Assembly (NCBI GenBank): GCA_035084275.1
Contig: CM068745.1
Span: forward strand, 33,480,001-33,544,000
From: Hydrolagus colliei
Taxonomy: Eukaryota
Direction: 5' to 3'
DNA: 64,000 nt
The notes under the pieces: generated by a model
What the model saw: the letters and a program-made list of their open reading frames with translations, nothing else
Databases searched by the model: none
What the model was told of the DNA's origin: nothing
Made by a program: the position numbers and the translations under genes
Part shown: positions 12,176 to 25,504 of the stretch, one piece after another
Numbering within the stretch: the first letter of the stretch is position 1
Layout of the letters: each line of letters begins with the position of its first letter

Positions 12176-12869
12176 TTTCCAGCATTTCACAACCCTGTTT
12201 GAGTCCACAAACACAGACGCAGTGTAATAATAGTGTACTACATATTGGCTGTCAGCTCATCAGATCATTACTGAAGTCACTTCCTGTGAAGTACATCATG
12301 TACATCATGCCCTATGCAAAGTGCTTCCACACACAACAAGCAGGAAATGATTTAAGTTGTGTTTTCTGAGCAGAGCACACAATACAGTATTTAGAAAGCT
12401 AGCCAGGAGACATGAGAACCCGGATATGTGTTGTGCTCTACTAAAATACGTTATAACACGTTTGGCATCTTTTTGATACCTGCCTCTTTGGCTAAAGCAA
12501 AGTTAGTGGTTAAAAACTAACCACTTAGATGCATCTCTTTCCATATTGATAAAGAAGTATTCATGAGACCCAAAGTTTCTCATTGGTTTAGCCTAAAGAA
12601 GAGTGTCTTAAAGTTAAAACACTGCAGAATTTAAAAAAATATTAAATTCAGAAGTCGTGTTTTAAAAAAAGTATCACAGAAATTCTGTGTGCAAATTAAG
12701 AATGAATTGAAATATTTACCAAATCCTCCATCAAAGTACATTTTTAACACAATGGTTTTAAAACTAGGACCACAAAATGTTGAGTCTTTGAATCCTAACT
12801 TCAAAGATGCAATTTAACTTGTTTGCTTCTTCACTAATTTCTGCATATCTGACACTCCAAGGTTGAGAT

Positions 12870-13160
12870 GGGGGCACTCTGCATTGTTGGAGGTGCCATC
12901 CTTTGGATGAAATGTTAAATCAAAATTCAATTGCCTGTTCAGGTGGATATTAAGATCCCCTGACACTACCCTAAAAGGAAAACAGTTTCTCATGATGTCT
13001 TGGCCAACAATCCCCCACATAAAATTGGTCATTTACGTATAGGTCACTTGTGGAACACTGCGGTTTAAAAATTGGCTGCAGTGTTTGCCTCCAAAATATA
13101 CAGTCACTAGACTTTACAATTAAATTCTGTGAAATGCTTTGAATATTTTCTCATCATGAA
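12870..13160 (+). mobile_element. Old Deu-domain SINE
   Basis: gcattgttggaggtgccatcctttggatgaaatgttaaa...cctgttcaggtggatattaagatccc...tgtcttggccaaca...aattggctgc is the Deu core, followed by a decayed L2-like tail. Confidence 0.7.
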
Positions 13161-15942
13161 AGAAGCTAGCAATAACTTTCAAGTAGCTCTCGACAGTGGA
13201 GTTTTCAAATACAGGCACATATTCTGATACTTGAAAACAGATATATCTCTCATAATTTCATTTCAATGTATTTTTCATCTCATTTGACTTACAAATAAAT
13301 ATTGCAGAAAAATGAATTTGCCATGCATTGAAAGTAGACAATTAGGAATTCAGCAAATTAGTCCATTATTCATACCGTCTTGTCAAGCAGAAAAGATATT
13401 ATCAAGAAAAAATGACATTAATTGTGCAGAATATTTATTTTGAACAGTAGCAGCAATCAGTCGGTATTGTGCTTAACCTGGCAATGAAATAAATACATAT
13501 TTGAAAAACCTCAGTTGTCAGTGTCTCTCTGTTGACTCTTCCTTCAAAATTGTCTCATTTATTTAATTGTCTATTCCACTAGTGGAGCAGGGAAAATTAA
13601 AATACTTTGTCAGTTAGATGCATCCAGTAAAATAGATAACCATGGGATCATATCACCAGAATCAGCAGGTTCATATGCAGAGAGCCAATCTCCAAAGTGA
13701 AATTCAATAGGGATTAGTTCATTCTGCGGTTATACTTGCGGGAGACAAACTGCTTGCAGCATAGACAGAAAAAAAGTGGTTTTAATTGTGGTTTGGTTTT
13801 AATATTATTAAACAGCCTCTCATGGTGAGGGACTCTAGGTGGTTTAAGTAGCTCTGGAGATTTAAACTAACCGAGCAAATAAACGCAGTATGATTCACAC
13901 CCATAGCATTCAAATTGCACGGATACAAATTGCGCTGCCCCTGAAACCACCTCTACCAGCTGGTATCGGGTGTGGCACTGACTCCCGTCCAGCATGATTG
14001 GAGCTGGTTAAACCCTCTACTTATATTGTACATTACAAAGCAAATCATTGTTAAATGTGAAGTGTAAGCACTCTACATATTTCAGATTCTACTCTGAAGG
14101 ATCAAAAGTGAATCTTGGAAAGGTCTTGAGGTTCAATGAAGATATAGCCAGTAGTAATGAGAACTCAGAAGCCCAACATTTATTATGAACTTTACCTTAA
14201 GACCAATGTATTAAATTTAAATATTTGTAGAACTTTGGAAAATTCTTACATTCAATCTCAGTTAGAAAGTAGTTTTTTCACCATTCTTGAATACTAAATT
14301 AAACCAAATAATATTTTTCCAAAAATTCTGTCCAATGTTATATTTTTCATCAATGATCTTAATCTTAAAACCATGCAAAATATCTCACCTTGAGTATCTG
14401 AAGCATTGAATTTAAGAATGAGAGGAGTCAAAATATTTCTGAATATCTGAAGCTGAATCTGTATTTCTGTGCTCAATATACAAATACAGTATGCAAATCT
14501 TTCTAAATTACTAGGAACAACAACATTTCTCCGTCAAACTCCCCAGGAAAATAAATATACATTCATTGGAAACATCATACATAATCACCTCACTCCCAAT
14601 CAACTGGACAGTGTTGTTAGAAGAAAACATACAGATTCCAATAATAGGAAAAAGTGCCCATACCTACGAGCACCAATGAACACATTTTTCTCTGACTTTG
14701 CATTTGGTTTTATAACAATATTCCACAATGATGAGCATTTTGAAATCTGTCTTTGCACATGGGTTGTTAGCCCAGCCCACTAATTAGACTACTTAGCACT
14801 GCTTGTGAAGGTTATATTAATTCTCAGTTGGTTACTTTTCAAATTTCCTGTTCTCATTTCTGAACCTGGAGTTAGGCACCACAAACATTTACACACCCCG
14901 TTTAGAATTAGGTTAGACAGAAATTACAAACCAACATTAAAGGAGGGGAAAATCATCTCAATTATTTTTTAATTTAAGTAACCCTCCAGGAGATCTCCAG
15001 AATGTATGCATGAATTCTTATCAATCAAGCAAAAAGCACTAACAAGGGATCCATTTAGCAACAGTGTTATGGAGAAAGAAAGGATTAACTGCCTTCAAGA
15101 TACTACCACGGGATGGAATGACCCAAGAATCTTCCAGAAAATGAATGAACCAACAGGATAAGTTCTGATTAATATATTTAAGAGCTCTACAAATACACAG
15201 TAGAAGACAGCAAATGCACTCCCAATTTTCAAAAAGGAGACGTGAATCAGCAAAGTTATCCAACACTGGTAGAAAGGAAATCACTCAGGAGCACAGAAAA
15301 CCATCAATATTCTTGTAAAAAGCACAGAAGCCTTAAGTAGCAGTCAGTATTGCTTTTGGAAGTAACAAGTCATAGCCCAGAAATCTATTGAAATTCTGTG
15401 ATAAATAACTTAACAAAGGCAACCTATGTAGTGGATTTTGCTTTGGTGGAGTTTCATAAGGCACTTTGTAAATGTTCTGCTTACAAGGCTTTTAACATTT
15501 CAAATGAAATCTGTATTCTGTTTTCTGCTCAAGCACTGAACGATTTTATAAATCACTTGCTACGACAGTAATATTACTCAGGTGCAATAATCACTTTATT
15601 TCTATTTCAATAGGACTCTAATAAACTACCAGCTTTAACAAGATCTCTTGATAAGAGATACAGTTTAGCAACCAGAAACGCATCACCTTGACTTTGAGGA
15701 ACATACATTGAAAGTATATTAGTGCAGATCAGTGTGATGCACTTCTGATTTACCTATTAAAGAATCCAGTTGAAATCTCCACGGGTTCTACTATACAGTA
15801 CTTTACAGTAAATCTTGTGAAACATTTGAGACATATTCTGGATCTTAAAGGCGCAATATCAAATGTGCATAAGGACTCATCACAGTAATAGTATAAATAA
15901 ATAAATAATCAAGTTACAAATAAACACGTTATTATACCGCAT

Positions 15943-16237
15943 TATCTCAGTGGTTAGAGCACTTGCTTTATAAGCGAGAGACCTAGGTTTAATTTACGAC
16001 AGGTCAGGGCGAAACTTTGGGCAAGTTTCCTTACTCCACACACCTGATAATAATCCCTCAAAAAAAATTAATTGATCATTTCAACCCATGACTGTTTGTG
16101 GGACACTGCTGTGTGCAATTGACTGCTGCGTTTCGCCCACAAATATACAGTCAATTCACTTTATTGTCTATTCTGCGAAGCGCTTTGAGATGTCTAGAAG
16201 ATGTGAAAAGCGCTATAGTAAACACAAAGATTATTAT
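15943..16237 (+). mobile_element. tRNA-derived SINE (Deu-related body, L2-like tail)
   Basis: It has the A-box ctcagtggttagagc, the body gaaactttgggcaagtttccttactccacac and the tail gtgaaaagcgctat..gattattat. Confidence 0.9.
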
Positions 16238-16258
16238 CCATCTCCCCTTTCTCTATTT

Positions 16259-16605
16259 GTGGAGCTCCAGTGGCTCAGTAGTTGGAGCACTTTTCTTGCA
16301 AGCTGGGGAGACCAAGCTGGGAGACCTGAGCTCGAATCCAGGCAGGTCAGGGCGAAACCTTGGGCAAGTTTCCATACTCCACACGCCTAATAATAATCCA
16401 GCCAAAAAACCACAATAATAAAATTGGATATTTCAATCCACGACTGTTTGTGGGACACTGCTGTGTGCAATTGGCTGCCGCGATTCGCCAACAAATATAC
16501 AGTCATTTCACTTTGCAGTATATTCTGTGAAGCGCTTTGGGACATCAATAAAATATGAAAAGCGCTATATCAAATGCAAGGATTATTATTATTAGTATTA
16601 TTATT
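16259..16605 (+). mobile_element. tRNA-derived SINE, subfamily with a duplicated motif in the head; in tandem with the previous copy
   Basis: It is full length. The head contains aagctggggagacc-aagctgggagacc and the copy ends in (TAT)n. Confidence 0.92.
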
Positions 16606-18368
16606 TTACAATTTACTTTCTATTGTATCACCTTAAATTTTTTATTCAGCACTTTTCCTGCCAATTTTAAGCAGTCTGTACAAAAAATGTATCTTGATTC
16701 CTCAATCTCTGTTGAATGACTTCATCCATTTAAACCCAGCAGTCTATCTATTAACATTTGTGTTCGATTGGCTGAAACCCTGTCTTAGCCAGAATAATAT
16801 TCTGATTGAAGTTTGATTTGACTACTTGAAAGGAAGTAACAGTTCAAAAGTCTAATGTCTACTTGGAGACTAAAACAAAGCCAGTAGTTCTCATTAAGAT
16901 TACCAACTCATCAGCAGCCTCGGTAATGAAACCTCTGTAAAATCAGACAACTCAGCAAAGTTGCTTTGAGGGATAAAGATTAGTATTCTTGAATTAATAG
17001 CAAATTAGTCAATTGGATTGAAAAGTGACTTAATGATTATAAATTGCAGCACAAATTATACTTTAAAATTCAGCAAGTAACTTGAACATGTTTCATTAAA
17101 ATCTATGTCCCAAGTGATGCCTAGCCAAAATAAATAATTATGAAGAGAATCTATATATCGAATCTGGGTCACAAAAGCCGAGTGTTCAGTACAACAACTG
17201 CTTCCCAATCTTACAGGTATGGAAACAATAGGAAATGGGTGCAATCCTAAATGGGTATGGAGTTCAATTGAACTCCCTCTCCCCCTGGTTCAGTGTCAAA
17301 CTCCCCATTGTCAAGTGAATTTGGACCCTACCCTGCATAAAGAGTGTTATTATAAATACAAATTGTTGTTGTTGTCTTTAGCATATGGTTTCCGTTCAAC
17401 ACATTTTACTCAACTATAATATGCTTTTCAAATCCTCGAATTATTGTAACAAATTCATTATACCTTTTTGTCAATTTTGCAAGGTATTAAAACATTTTAT
17501 TCACATGAATCTACTTTAATTCTGAAATTTAAACGAAGGTTATGAATGGCCTCATTTGTTGCATTTTACATTGCTATCCAAATGATTCAATTGGATTAAA
17601 ATCTCGTGTTCATTTTCCTGCATACAATTACATGCCCACTTATGAGATCTCTGAAAGCTAACAATATGGAAAGACAAGTGTAGGTGAGGAAGTGAGAGGA
17701 GAAAGGTAGGAGGAGACAATGGAAATAAATCTTCCTCATACCAGCTCTGTAAAAGAAAGTTTTTACAGCCTGTGAAGATTAGCATGAGTTGCATGAGATG
17801 GTTAGACTACGTTCCTGCTCAACTGGAACACACACGTTTACAATCTGATCTCCATCAAGCAACAGAACACAGATGTACCTTAATAATTGACTCGTAATTG
17901 GTCAACCCATAGAATTGTAAACACTTTTAAAATAATGTTATTGCCATTGCTATGAAGAGTTTCACTATTTTAAAACTAGTGCTAGCTGATAGCCATCAGT
18001 GACATAAACATCAGAAGAATAGAAAGCTGCACTGTGCTATACATGGGTAATGTTTGCTCCCACAATCACCAAAAATAACATTACATTGCGACCTAGTCAT
18101 TCATGTGTTGTGGTTTGGTTACTTGTGAGGTATTCTTGAAATCAAGTGGTTGGTGCATGTTCGTCTTTTCATCCCTTGAATGGAGGCGTTCGGTCGTACA
18201 GTCCAGGCTAACGGTACAGATTCCAATTACATTATAAGATAAACTCAGTTTGTTCAGTGAATTCAACCCTGTAACTACAGGATTGCAAAGGGGGGCATCT
18301 TAACACTTATTCTACAGGGGTCACAGGTATATCTTCTTTGAACTCTTAAGGTAGAAAAGGACACTTAC

Positions 18369-18704
18369 CAGCTTGATTTGTTGTAATGTTGATTATGGCA
18401 AACTGCCTGTCAAGCATGCTGATGTCGGAGACACCACTCACTGACTGAATCTCAAAGGTGTAGTTCATGTGGGCAAGAAAGTCAACGACTGCCACTGAGG
18501 TGTTTTTCAGACCTGTATTTTGAGGTAAAAAACGCAAGCCTCCTCCACAGGGCTCACACCTCTTAGGGCCTAAGCCACATCTCTTACAGATGACATTGTA
18601 GCTGAGATCCTTCCTTCCCCCTGTATCGACTGGTGGACTCCATTCTAGGATTAGCGCTGACTCATTAATGTTGAAAATGACATTTCGAGGGACAGAAGGA
18701 GGTC
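18369..18704 (-). CDS. EPHA6: Internal coding exon (first fibronectin type III repeat, exon-5 equivalent) of EPHA6
   Basis: The minus strand reads ...ttttttttacccccag|GA CCT CCT TCT GTC...CAA GCT G|gtaagt. It is 336 bp, phase 1/1, and joins the upstream exon in frame (A|GA = Arg). Translation: RPPSVPRNVIFNINESALILEWSPPVDTGGRKDLSYNVICKRCGLGPKRCEPCGGGLRFLPQNTGLKNTSVAVVDFLAHMNYTFEIQSVSGVSDISMLDRQFAIINITTNQA, a typical EphA FN3 domain. Confidence 0.93.
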
Positions 18705-20964
18705 CTGGGGGTAAAAAAAAAGAAGCAAAAAATAGGTTAAAGCTGCCTTATCCCCCTTTTCAATTATTTACTTGTCAACTTCAGGTCAATTTCACAAACT
18801 AATAATCAACCAAGCACCAAAGATCTCTCTGTGCAATCAGGCTGGATTAGATTTGTGGGTATAAGGGAATCAATTGCTATATCATTAACTATAAGAGTTG
18901 GATATTGCCAACTAGTTATGAACCTAAAATGCAACTGAGGTGTGTTTAATAGTGCAGTTCCTGGAAAATCCAGGCAACATATATTAGGTGCTTGACCAGT
19001 ACTATCTCCAGTCCTATATTTATTTACAAGGGCATCCATTAAGTTTAGAAATAGTTTGAATAAATGATGGTTTTGCTGTCCCAAACAAAACCATGAAAAT
19101 TTGTTTTCACAAAAGGAACTGTACGGATTGATTTGCTGAATATGTGCATCTCAGAGTATGGTTATGCTTCCAGTATTGTGACAGATAAAAATACAGCAAA
19201 ACAAAAATAGTCTATATAAGGTATAATAATTAGAGGAACTCAAATGGAGAGAACACTCTATAGAATGCAGGGGACTGTGACTCATACTTTAAATTCACTC
19301 TCCTTTTATAATCAAGTAGATAAAGTCAATCTCAATCCAGAATGAAGAACTCCACCCTCTTTTACTGAAAGTCCTAAATGATGTAAGCTTCTTTCATTCC
19401 AGTGCTCAATGAACAAAAATTCAGCTAATCAAGTGCTCCTCCATTCAGTATGAATTGATACAAAAACTATACCTTTCCTATTTTTGAGGATTTTGACATT
19501 TGAAAACTTTGCTACTTAAAATCTGCACAGTTAGGGTCCGTGGAATATTATAGTCTGCATAGTCAGTGTCCATGGAATATTATAATCAACTCATTTGAGA
19601 CCTTCTCAGGATAAAATGTATTTCTTCCAAAATGCCCATCAAGTACTTGGTATTACCCTTGTACTACAGATAGTCCCAAAGAAACAAAGGACAAACAGAC
19701 ATGAAGTGGGACATAATGGTACTTCTGTGCATGTCAAGATCAATAATTGTGTTTCCATTCCCACCGAGAAGAAAGAAACAAGAAAAGCCTGAAGGGAAAA
19801 TTCCAGCGTGTTCTATTTAAAAAAACAGAAGAGCAAAATCATCATCTCTCTGTAAGCAGCATCAAGCTGTAGGGTCAAATTCAATATCTCCATCCAACAA
19901 ATGCAGTGTTCAGAGTAATTCCATGGTAATACCATATTGCGACTTTCAATCGTGTTATCCATTGTTATTTTCAGCATCTATTTAATTTTTTTGCTCTCCT
20001 TAAGGAATGGCGATCTGACATCTCCTGTTGTTCTTCTGTCATTGTTGGTTGTAGTGATTTGAATTCTTACCTGCTTTATGTGCATTGTTGATTTCTTCTT
20101 GTTTCCGCTATATTGTGCATTGATAAATTCTCTCCACAGGTTTGGGATAAAACAGAAGGGGATTTATACAAGTAGAAATCCAGTTCTTCTTGATTGAATA
20201 TCTAACCTTATAAACTTAGAACAAAACGATTTTGAGACTTGTGGTATCCCTATGTGCAAACGTTCAAAAGCACATCACTATTTTCTTCAGATTAGGTCAT
20301 GTAAAGTAGCAATATAGCTACAGACAATAGTAACAATGATTAAAGTCCCTTAGTTTGTTGCCTTAGTGGCAACAAACAGATAGTGCTGAAATACTTGAAG
20401 AAATTATCCGCTAGGTAACAACAGCAACAGGTTTCACATTGTCTAAAGCAGACTTTAGAAATCTCAGTTGCCAAGTGGATAGTTCATCACTGGATGAACA
20501 TAGGCTGTGTAGAATACTGAAGTTGTTACAAAAACAAGTAAGTCCAAAAGTTCTTGAGAATTCCCACTCATAACTGGCTTGCTCCAATACTGATCAGATA
20601 TGGCTAGAACCGTAACCTGTTTGAGTAAAGGTCTCTGGGTAGTCCATCCTTCTTGACAGAATTATTCACTTAGTTTCAGCATTAAAAATAATATACTACT
20701 TGTACATACATTATTCAATTCAGAGTCCATTTGTCTTCCAGATAGGCAGAATGTCAACTATTCAGTAAACTGTGGTGTCATCAGCAAAGATAACATGATT
20801 ATTATTGAATATGATTATTGTATAGGAACAGAGTGGGTCAAGCAAGATTCCCTAAGACCTGGCAGTGTATTATGATAAGAAGCTAAATATCAATTTTGTG
20901 CATCTGGTGAGAATGGTTTGATGCCTTATTTATACCATCTTCTCATGTCAATTCATGATGAAAG

Positions 20965-21120
20965 TGATAATAAAAATAAGCTTTGCATTTGATATAGGGC
21001 CTTATCACATAGTTGGTTGAGATGTTCTCAAAGCGCTTCACAGAATATATATGTATTTTGTGGGCGAAATGCAGCAGCCAATTGGGCACAGCAGCATCCC
21101 AATAGAAGCGTGGATTGAAA
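20965..21120 (-). mobile_element. SINE 3' half
   Basis: It is the reverse complement of the SINE body and tail (gcagccaattg, ctcaaagcgcttcacagaata, gcatttgatatag). Confidence 0.8.
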
Positions 21121-23509
21121 ATGGGAAGATACCATTATATATAATGAAAATGATACTGAATCGATGCTAAAAATGTCAGTGCAATCGGTTTTAAGCTATA
21201 AGTGAACAACATTTAAGATCAGCTGCCAAAATCAGAAGAGCTGGTAATGCCAGGAAAGCAATTTGCACAGAGAGCAGTGCAAATTGATTTGGTGTCTGCT
21301 CCAGCACTGGGGGATAAAAAATTATTTGGTGGGTCCATCAGGCTACCCTTGAGCTTTTTAATATTATTATAGGGCTCTTCATATGCTTGGCTTTTTCATA
21401 ACATTACAACAGAAACAAGCATTCAGCAGGGATTAGTGGACCTCTGTGTTTGCACTACGTTGCACCATGCACAGAGCTGTCCTCAGCCCATGGCGATCCT
21501 GATTCTGGAGTGCTCTTTGCTTCTAATCACTTTACCGTTGAAAGCAATTTCAAATCACTTCCAGCAGAATAAATAGTGCATGAGTCATATCCTCAGTTCT
21601 CAAATGTTGGTTCCAATGGCTCTGCTGCCTTTCAATTTGCTTTTTTGTTTATGAAGAAAGTTAGGTTGAATTTTTTATTTTTACAGGGTTTATATTGGGT
21701 ATTTCTAGTCAATTTCTGTTTGGGGAAAAAGTCATAACATATGAAACATGTCTAAAATTAATGTGAAACTGATTTATAGCCAAATCATATTAATAATCCT
21801 TGCAATAATATTAATATATTAACAAATAATATTGTTGAGGCTTCAAAATATTTTTGAATGTCAACATTTTCACAGAAATATTACCAAATTACACCACAAT
21901 TTTGTTCATATGTGTCAAAGTACAGGAAAAGTACTCATCCTCCATCTGAAGACTTAAATACATTCCTAGTGTGCTGATGAATTTCAGCAATGCTTGACAA
22001 ATGCTTCAACAGAGAATATTTTTATGTGTAACATAGCAACATTAGAAAAATCAGTTTGTATTGCAGCCGATTGGTTATGATATTTTGCCTGAACACAATT
22101 ATATTGCTGCAAGTCACTGAAATCATTACTTCATTAAGAACTGAAAGTTAAATGAATGAATTTCTAAATTGTTGATAATTTCTAGAAAGAAACTTAACAC
22201 TCCTCATATTGAGCCAAGAATAGAGATGGAAACCGACAATAATTAAGGTCAACAGCTGTGAAGTTAAATGATTTCTGTATAAGCTTGCTATAAACTGAGA
22301 TACACGTAGATACACGTAGTCTCAAGTTTTTCCACCTTGTTTTAGCGACAGATTGCGCTTACTCTCCCCTGATGCTCACTACTTGTCCGGTCACAGTGAT
22401 TGCATGTGAGTGGTCAGACAAATGTGAAATCTATCCTACATTTGGACATCACTATCAACTGAGTCAGCAACTTAAGCATCATTATGGGAAATGGAGCTCT
22501 AAACATCCAAGATGCTGTATTCACAATTTGCAAAAAAAAAAGACCTATGGGTAATCCTGAATTTATTATTCCTGTTTTCTTCTGTAAACATTTTTTTTGG
22601 TGAGCAACGTTAGGCCCTACTCACCTACTTTAAGCCAAATGAGACCAAAATGTGTTCCCCAAGACAACCATTTTCTTTTACCCCCAAAACTCTCTAGGGC
22701 CCAAATTATCAAAGGACAATGCAGACAAGCTTAGTCTGAGTCTAGTAACCAAGTGCTTAAGCTAGCTCCATATTCCAGTATCTCCACTTCCGCTTTGTAA
22801 CAGGGGATCAAACACCACTATTGATTTTACTATTATTACCTTCAGTCTTCAATGATAAACATTAAAATGAATAAGGAAAAGTGTTCAGTACCACTTTTTG
22901 CCACTGCTTCACAGATGAAGTATCACATCTGTATGCTACTGCAATGCATGATTAGTTGGATAGCGTGAGTACTTCTGTTTGAACTTACAAGTCAACTGAA
23001 GACATATGGCAGATGAATGTGGCTTGAGCTCATAATTTTCATGTGCAGATCATGCACTCACAGACTGCCTCGTAACTAGCAGCATCCCAGTGGAGTGCTT
23101 TACCACCTGAGTGCGTCATGACTCATGTTCATCTGAAAGCTCTTCAAACATTCAATTTAGCAGTAAAAGCACACAACCATTCTTTTATTTTTTTTTCCAA
23201 ATTTGTCAATGATTTTAATTGTTTTCCTCTTTGCTTTTGTTGCCAGCAATAGCTTAAACATAATATTGTACTTCCGATGGCAAGTTTCAGGAGCATTTGT
23301 TTACGTGCACTAAAACTGGGACACACGGAACAGATTGTGAAATTTTCTACAGTGAGGATTCACAGATGTAGTTCCTTGACTCAACCTCCCCTTTGCTAAC
23401 CTGCTTCAGTCAACAAATATGAGAGAAACCCATCCTTCCATTATTTCCGTCTCCTCCCTCCTTGACTCCTCTACTTCCCTTGGCTACATGAATAACTTGA
23501 ATGAGTACC

Positions 23510-23965
23510 TGGGATGAGGGATGGGGGTGAGTTATGAGGATAGGTTGAGCAATCTAGGCCTATATTCTCTAGAATATAGAAGAATTAGAGGTGATCTTAT
23601 AGAAATTTATAAGATTATTAAGGGGCATGACAGAGTAGATAGTGGGAGACTCCTGATTGGAGAAACTATAACCGGGGTCACAGTCTTAAAATTAGGGGTC
23701 GGCCCGTTCGCACTGAGTTGAGGGAAAACTTCTTCACTCAGAGAGTAGTGAATTTATGGAATTCTCTACTCCAAAGAGCTGTAGATGCTCTGAATTTAAT
23801 ATATTCAAGACTGAGATTGATAGATTTCTTGTGGATAAAGGGATTAAGGGGATAAGGCGGGTAGGTGGAGTTAGACTAGAACATCAGCCATGATCTTACT
23901 GAATAGCGGGGCAGGCTCGAGGGACCGAATGGCCTACTCCTGCTCCTAATTCTTATGTTCTTATG
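23510..23965 (+). mobile_element. CR1 LINE 3' fragment
   Basis: SYEDRLSNLGLYSLEYRRIRGDLIEIYKIIKG is a CR1 ORF2 C-terminal motif. It is followed by FFTQRVVNLWNSL and the terminal (TTCTTATG)2 repeat. Confidence 0.92.
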
Positions 23966-24267
23966 AGTCGTCATTTTGTTCATTTACAATAACTGTTCTC
24001 AGGTGAAATAACAACAACAATTTGCATTTATTTAGCGCCCTTCATGCAGGATAGGAACTCGCAGCACTTAAGTAACATGTAAACATTTTTTTTGACTAAG
24101 TTCAAGTAAAAGTGACTTTGCAAATGGATGAGTAACTTTTAAAACAATTTTCCTGTACTGTCATGGTGACAACTTTATGAGCTATGGCTGAAAGACTGGC
24201 CTCAGAAGGACGGAACCTCAACAGTACATTTGCTGACAAGACTCCATGATACAATAGTAATAATGAC

Positions 24268-24566
24268 AATAATAATCCTTTCATTTGATATAGCGCTTTT
24301 CACATCTTCTAGATGTCTCAAAGCGCTTCATAGAATATACTGTAAAATGAATTGGTTGTATATTTGTGCGTGAAACACAGCACCCAATTGCGTACAGCAT
24401 TGTCCCACGAAGAGTCATGGATTGAAATGACCAATTGTTTTTTGAGGGATTACTATTAGGCGTGTGGAGTAAGGAAAGTTGCCCATGGTTTTGTCCTGCC
24501 TGGAAATGAACCCAGGTCTCTCGGTTGTAAGGCGAGTGCTGTAACCACTGAGCTACAGAACTCCAC
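24268..24566 (-). mobile_element. Full-length tRNA-derived SINE
   Basis: It is the reverse complement of the SINE from gtggagttctgtagctcagtggtt to the (TAT)n tail. Confidence 0.92.
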
Positions 24567-24859
24567 AGTCTGCTAATTGGGCACAGTCAATGTTCTCATT
24601 ACTCAGAGCTGTTTAAACCCTTGAAATTTACAGGGTGAATCTATTATTTGGCTGCACAAAATGTATTGTAGCATTTAGCACAGAATTGACAGCCTAAATT
24701 GGATGAAATCACTTTGCATTTCAAAATGCAAATACTGAAATAGCTCCCTTGCATATTAAATAAGAGCATCCATCTCTGCTTTTACAGACACATTCATACA
24801 AGGTATCATTTTGTTTGAAGTACTGTATTTAAATTCTCCCATCTCAGAAGATTGTCGAA

Positions 24860-24958
24860 ACAACAACAACAAAATTACATTTATAGAGCACTTCTCACGT
24901 CGGGAAGACATCCCAAGGCGCTGAACCCATTGTTCCCAACGTGTCCCAAGGCGCTGCA
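24860..24958 (-). mobile_element. Ultra-short L2 tail with a duplicated tcccaaggcgctg motif
   Basis: (CAA)n is followed by the reverse complement of the L2 tail. The 13-mer occurs twice. Confidence 0.8.
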
Positions 24959-25504
24959 CCTATAAACCTATTGTTCAACAATTCAATCCTAACTGAACAC
25001 CTTAAATTTCAGTTTCAATATCATGTATTCCCTTCTTTACATTCCACTGACTATTCTTATAAAGGATAAAATAATGCAATACACATATTGAGGACAAGGG
25101 GATGCAATATACAATTTTTATTCCATTGTATTATATTCAGAATTGCAATATAAATTTTTAAGGAGATTTATTATAGCTGAATTTAAAGTGTTTTCTAACA
25201 ATAATTCTCTCAGGCATTCGCTTTATTGTGATCTAATTTTTTTCATAATGCAACCATTAGACTTCAATCATATTAGATGATCATACTTAAAGAATATACA
25301 TTTATTTAAAAGGCCATCAAAACTGTGATATAATTTTACTAGAGAAATATACATTGTAGCTAATAGAATGTCTTTTGGTGTATTATTGTTTGCAATTGGA
25401 AACAACATCTATAAAACCTCTTACAGGATGTTTCAAGACTGGAGTCTAACCAATGAATGTCAAAGAATCTTAACAGCAAAGGAATAGACCATTCGGACCA
25501 TCAA

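Noticed and set aside
18346-18368. Intron read-through giving a secreted truncated EphA6 (..NQAGKCPFLP*); likewise ..ACTSK* after the upstream exon
   Set aside because: Both donors are strong gtaagt sites and early intronic stops are expected by chance. There is no distinctive nearby poly(A) evidence, so transcript data would be needed.
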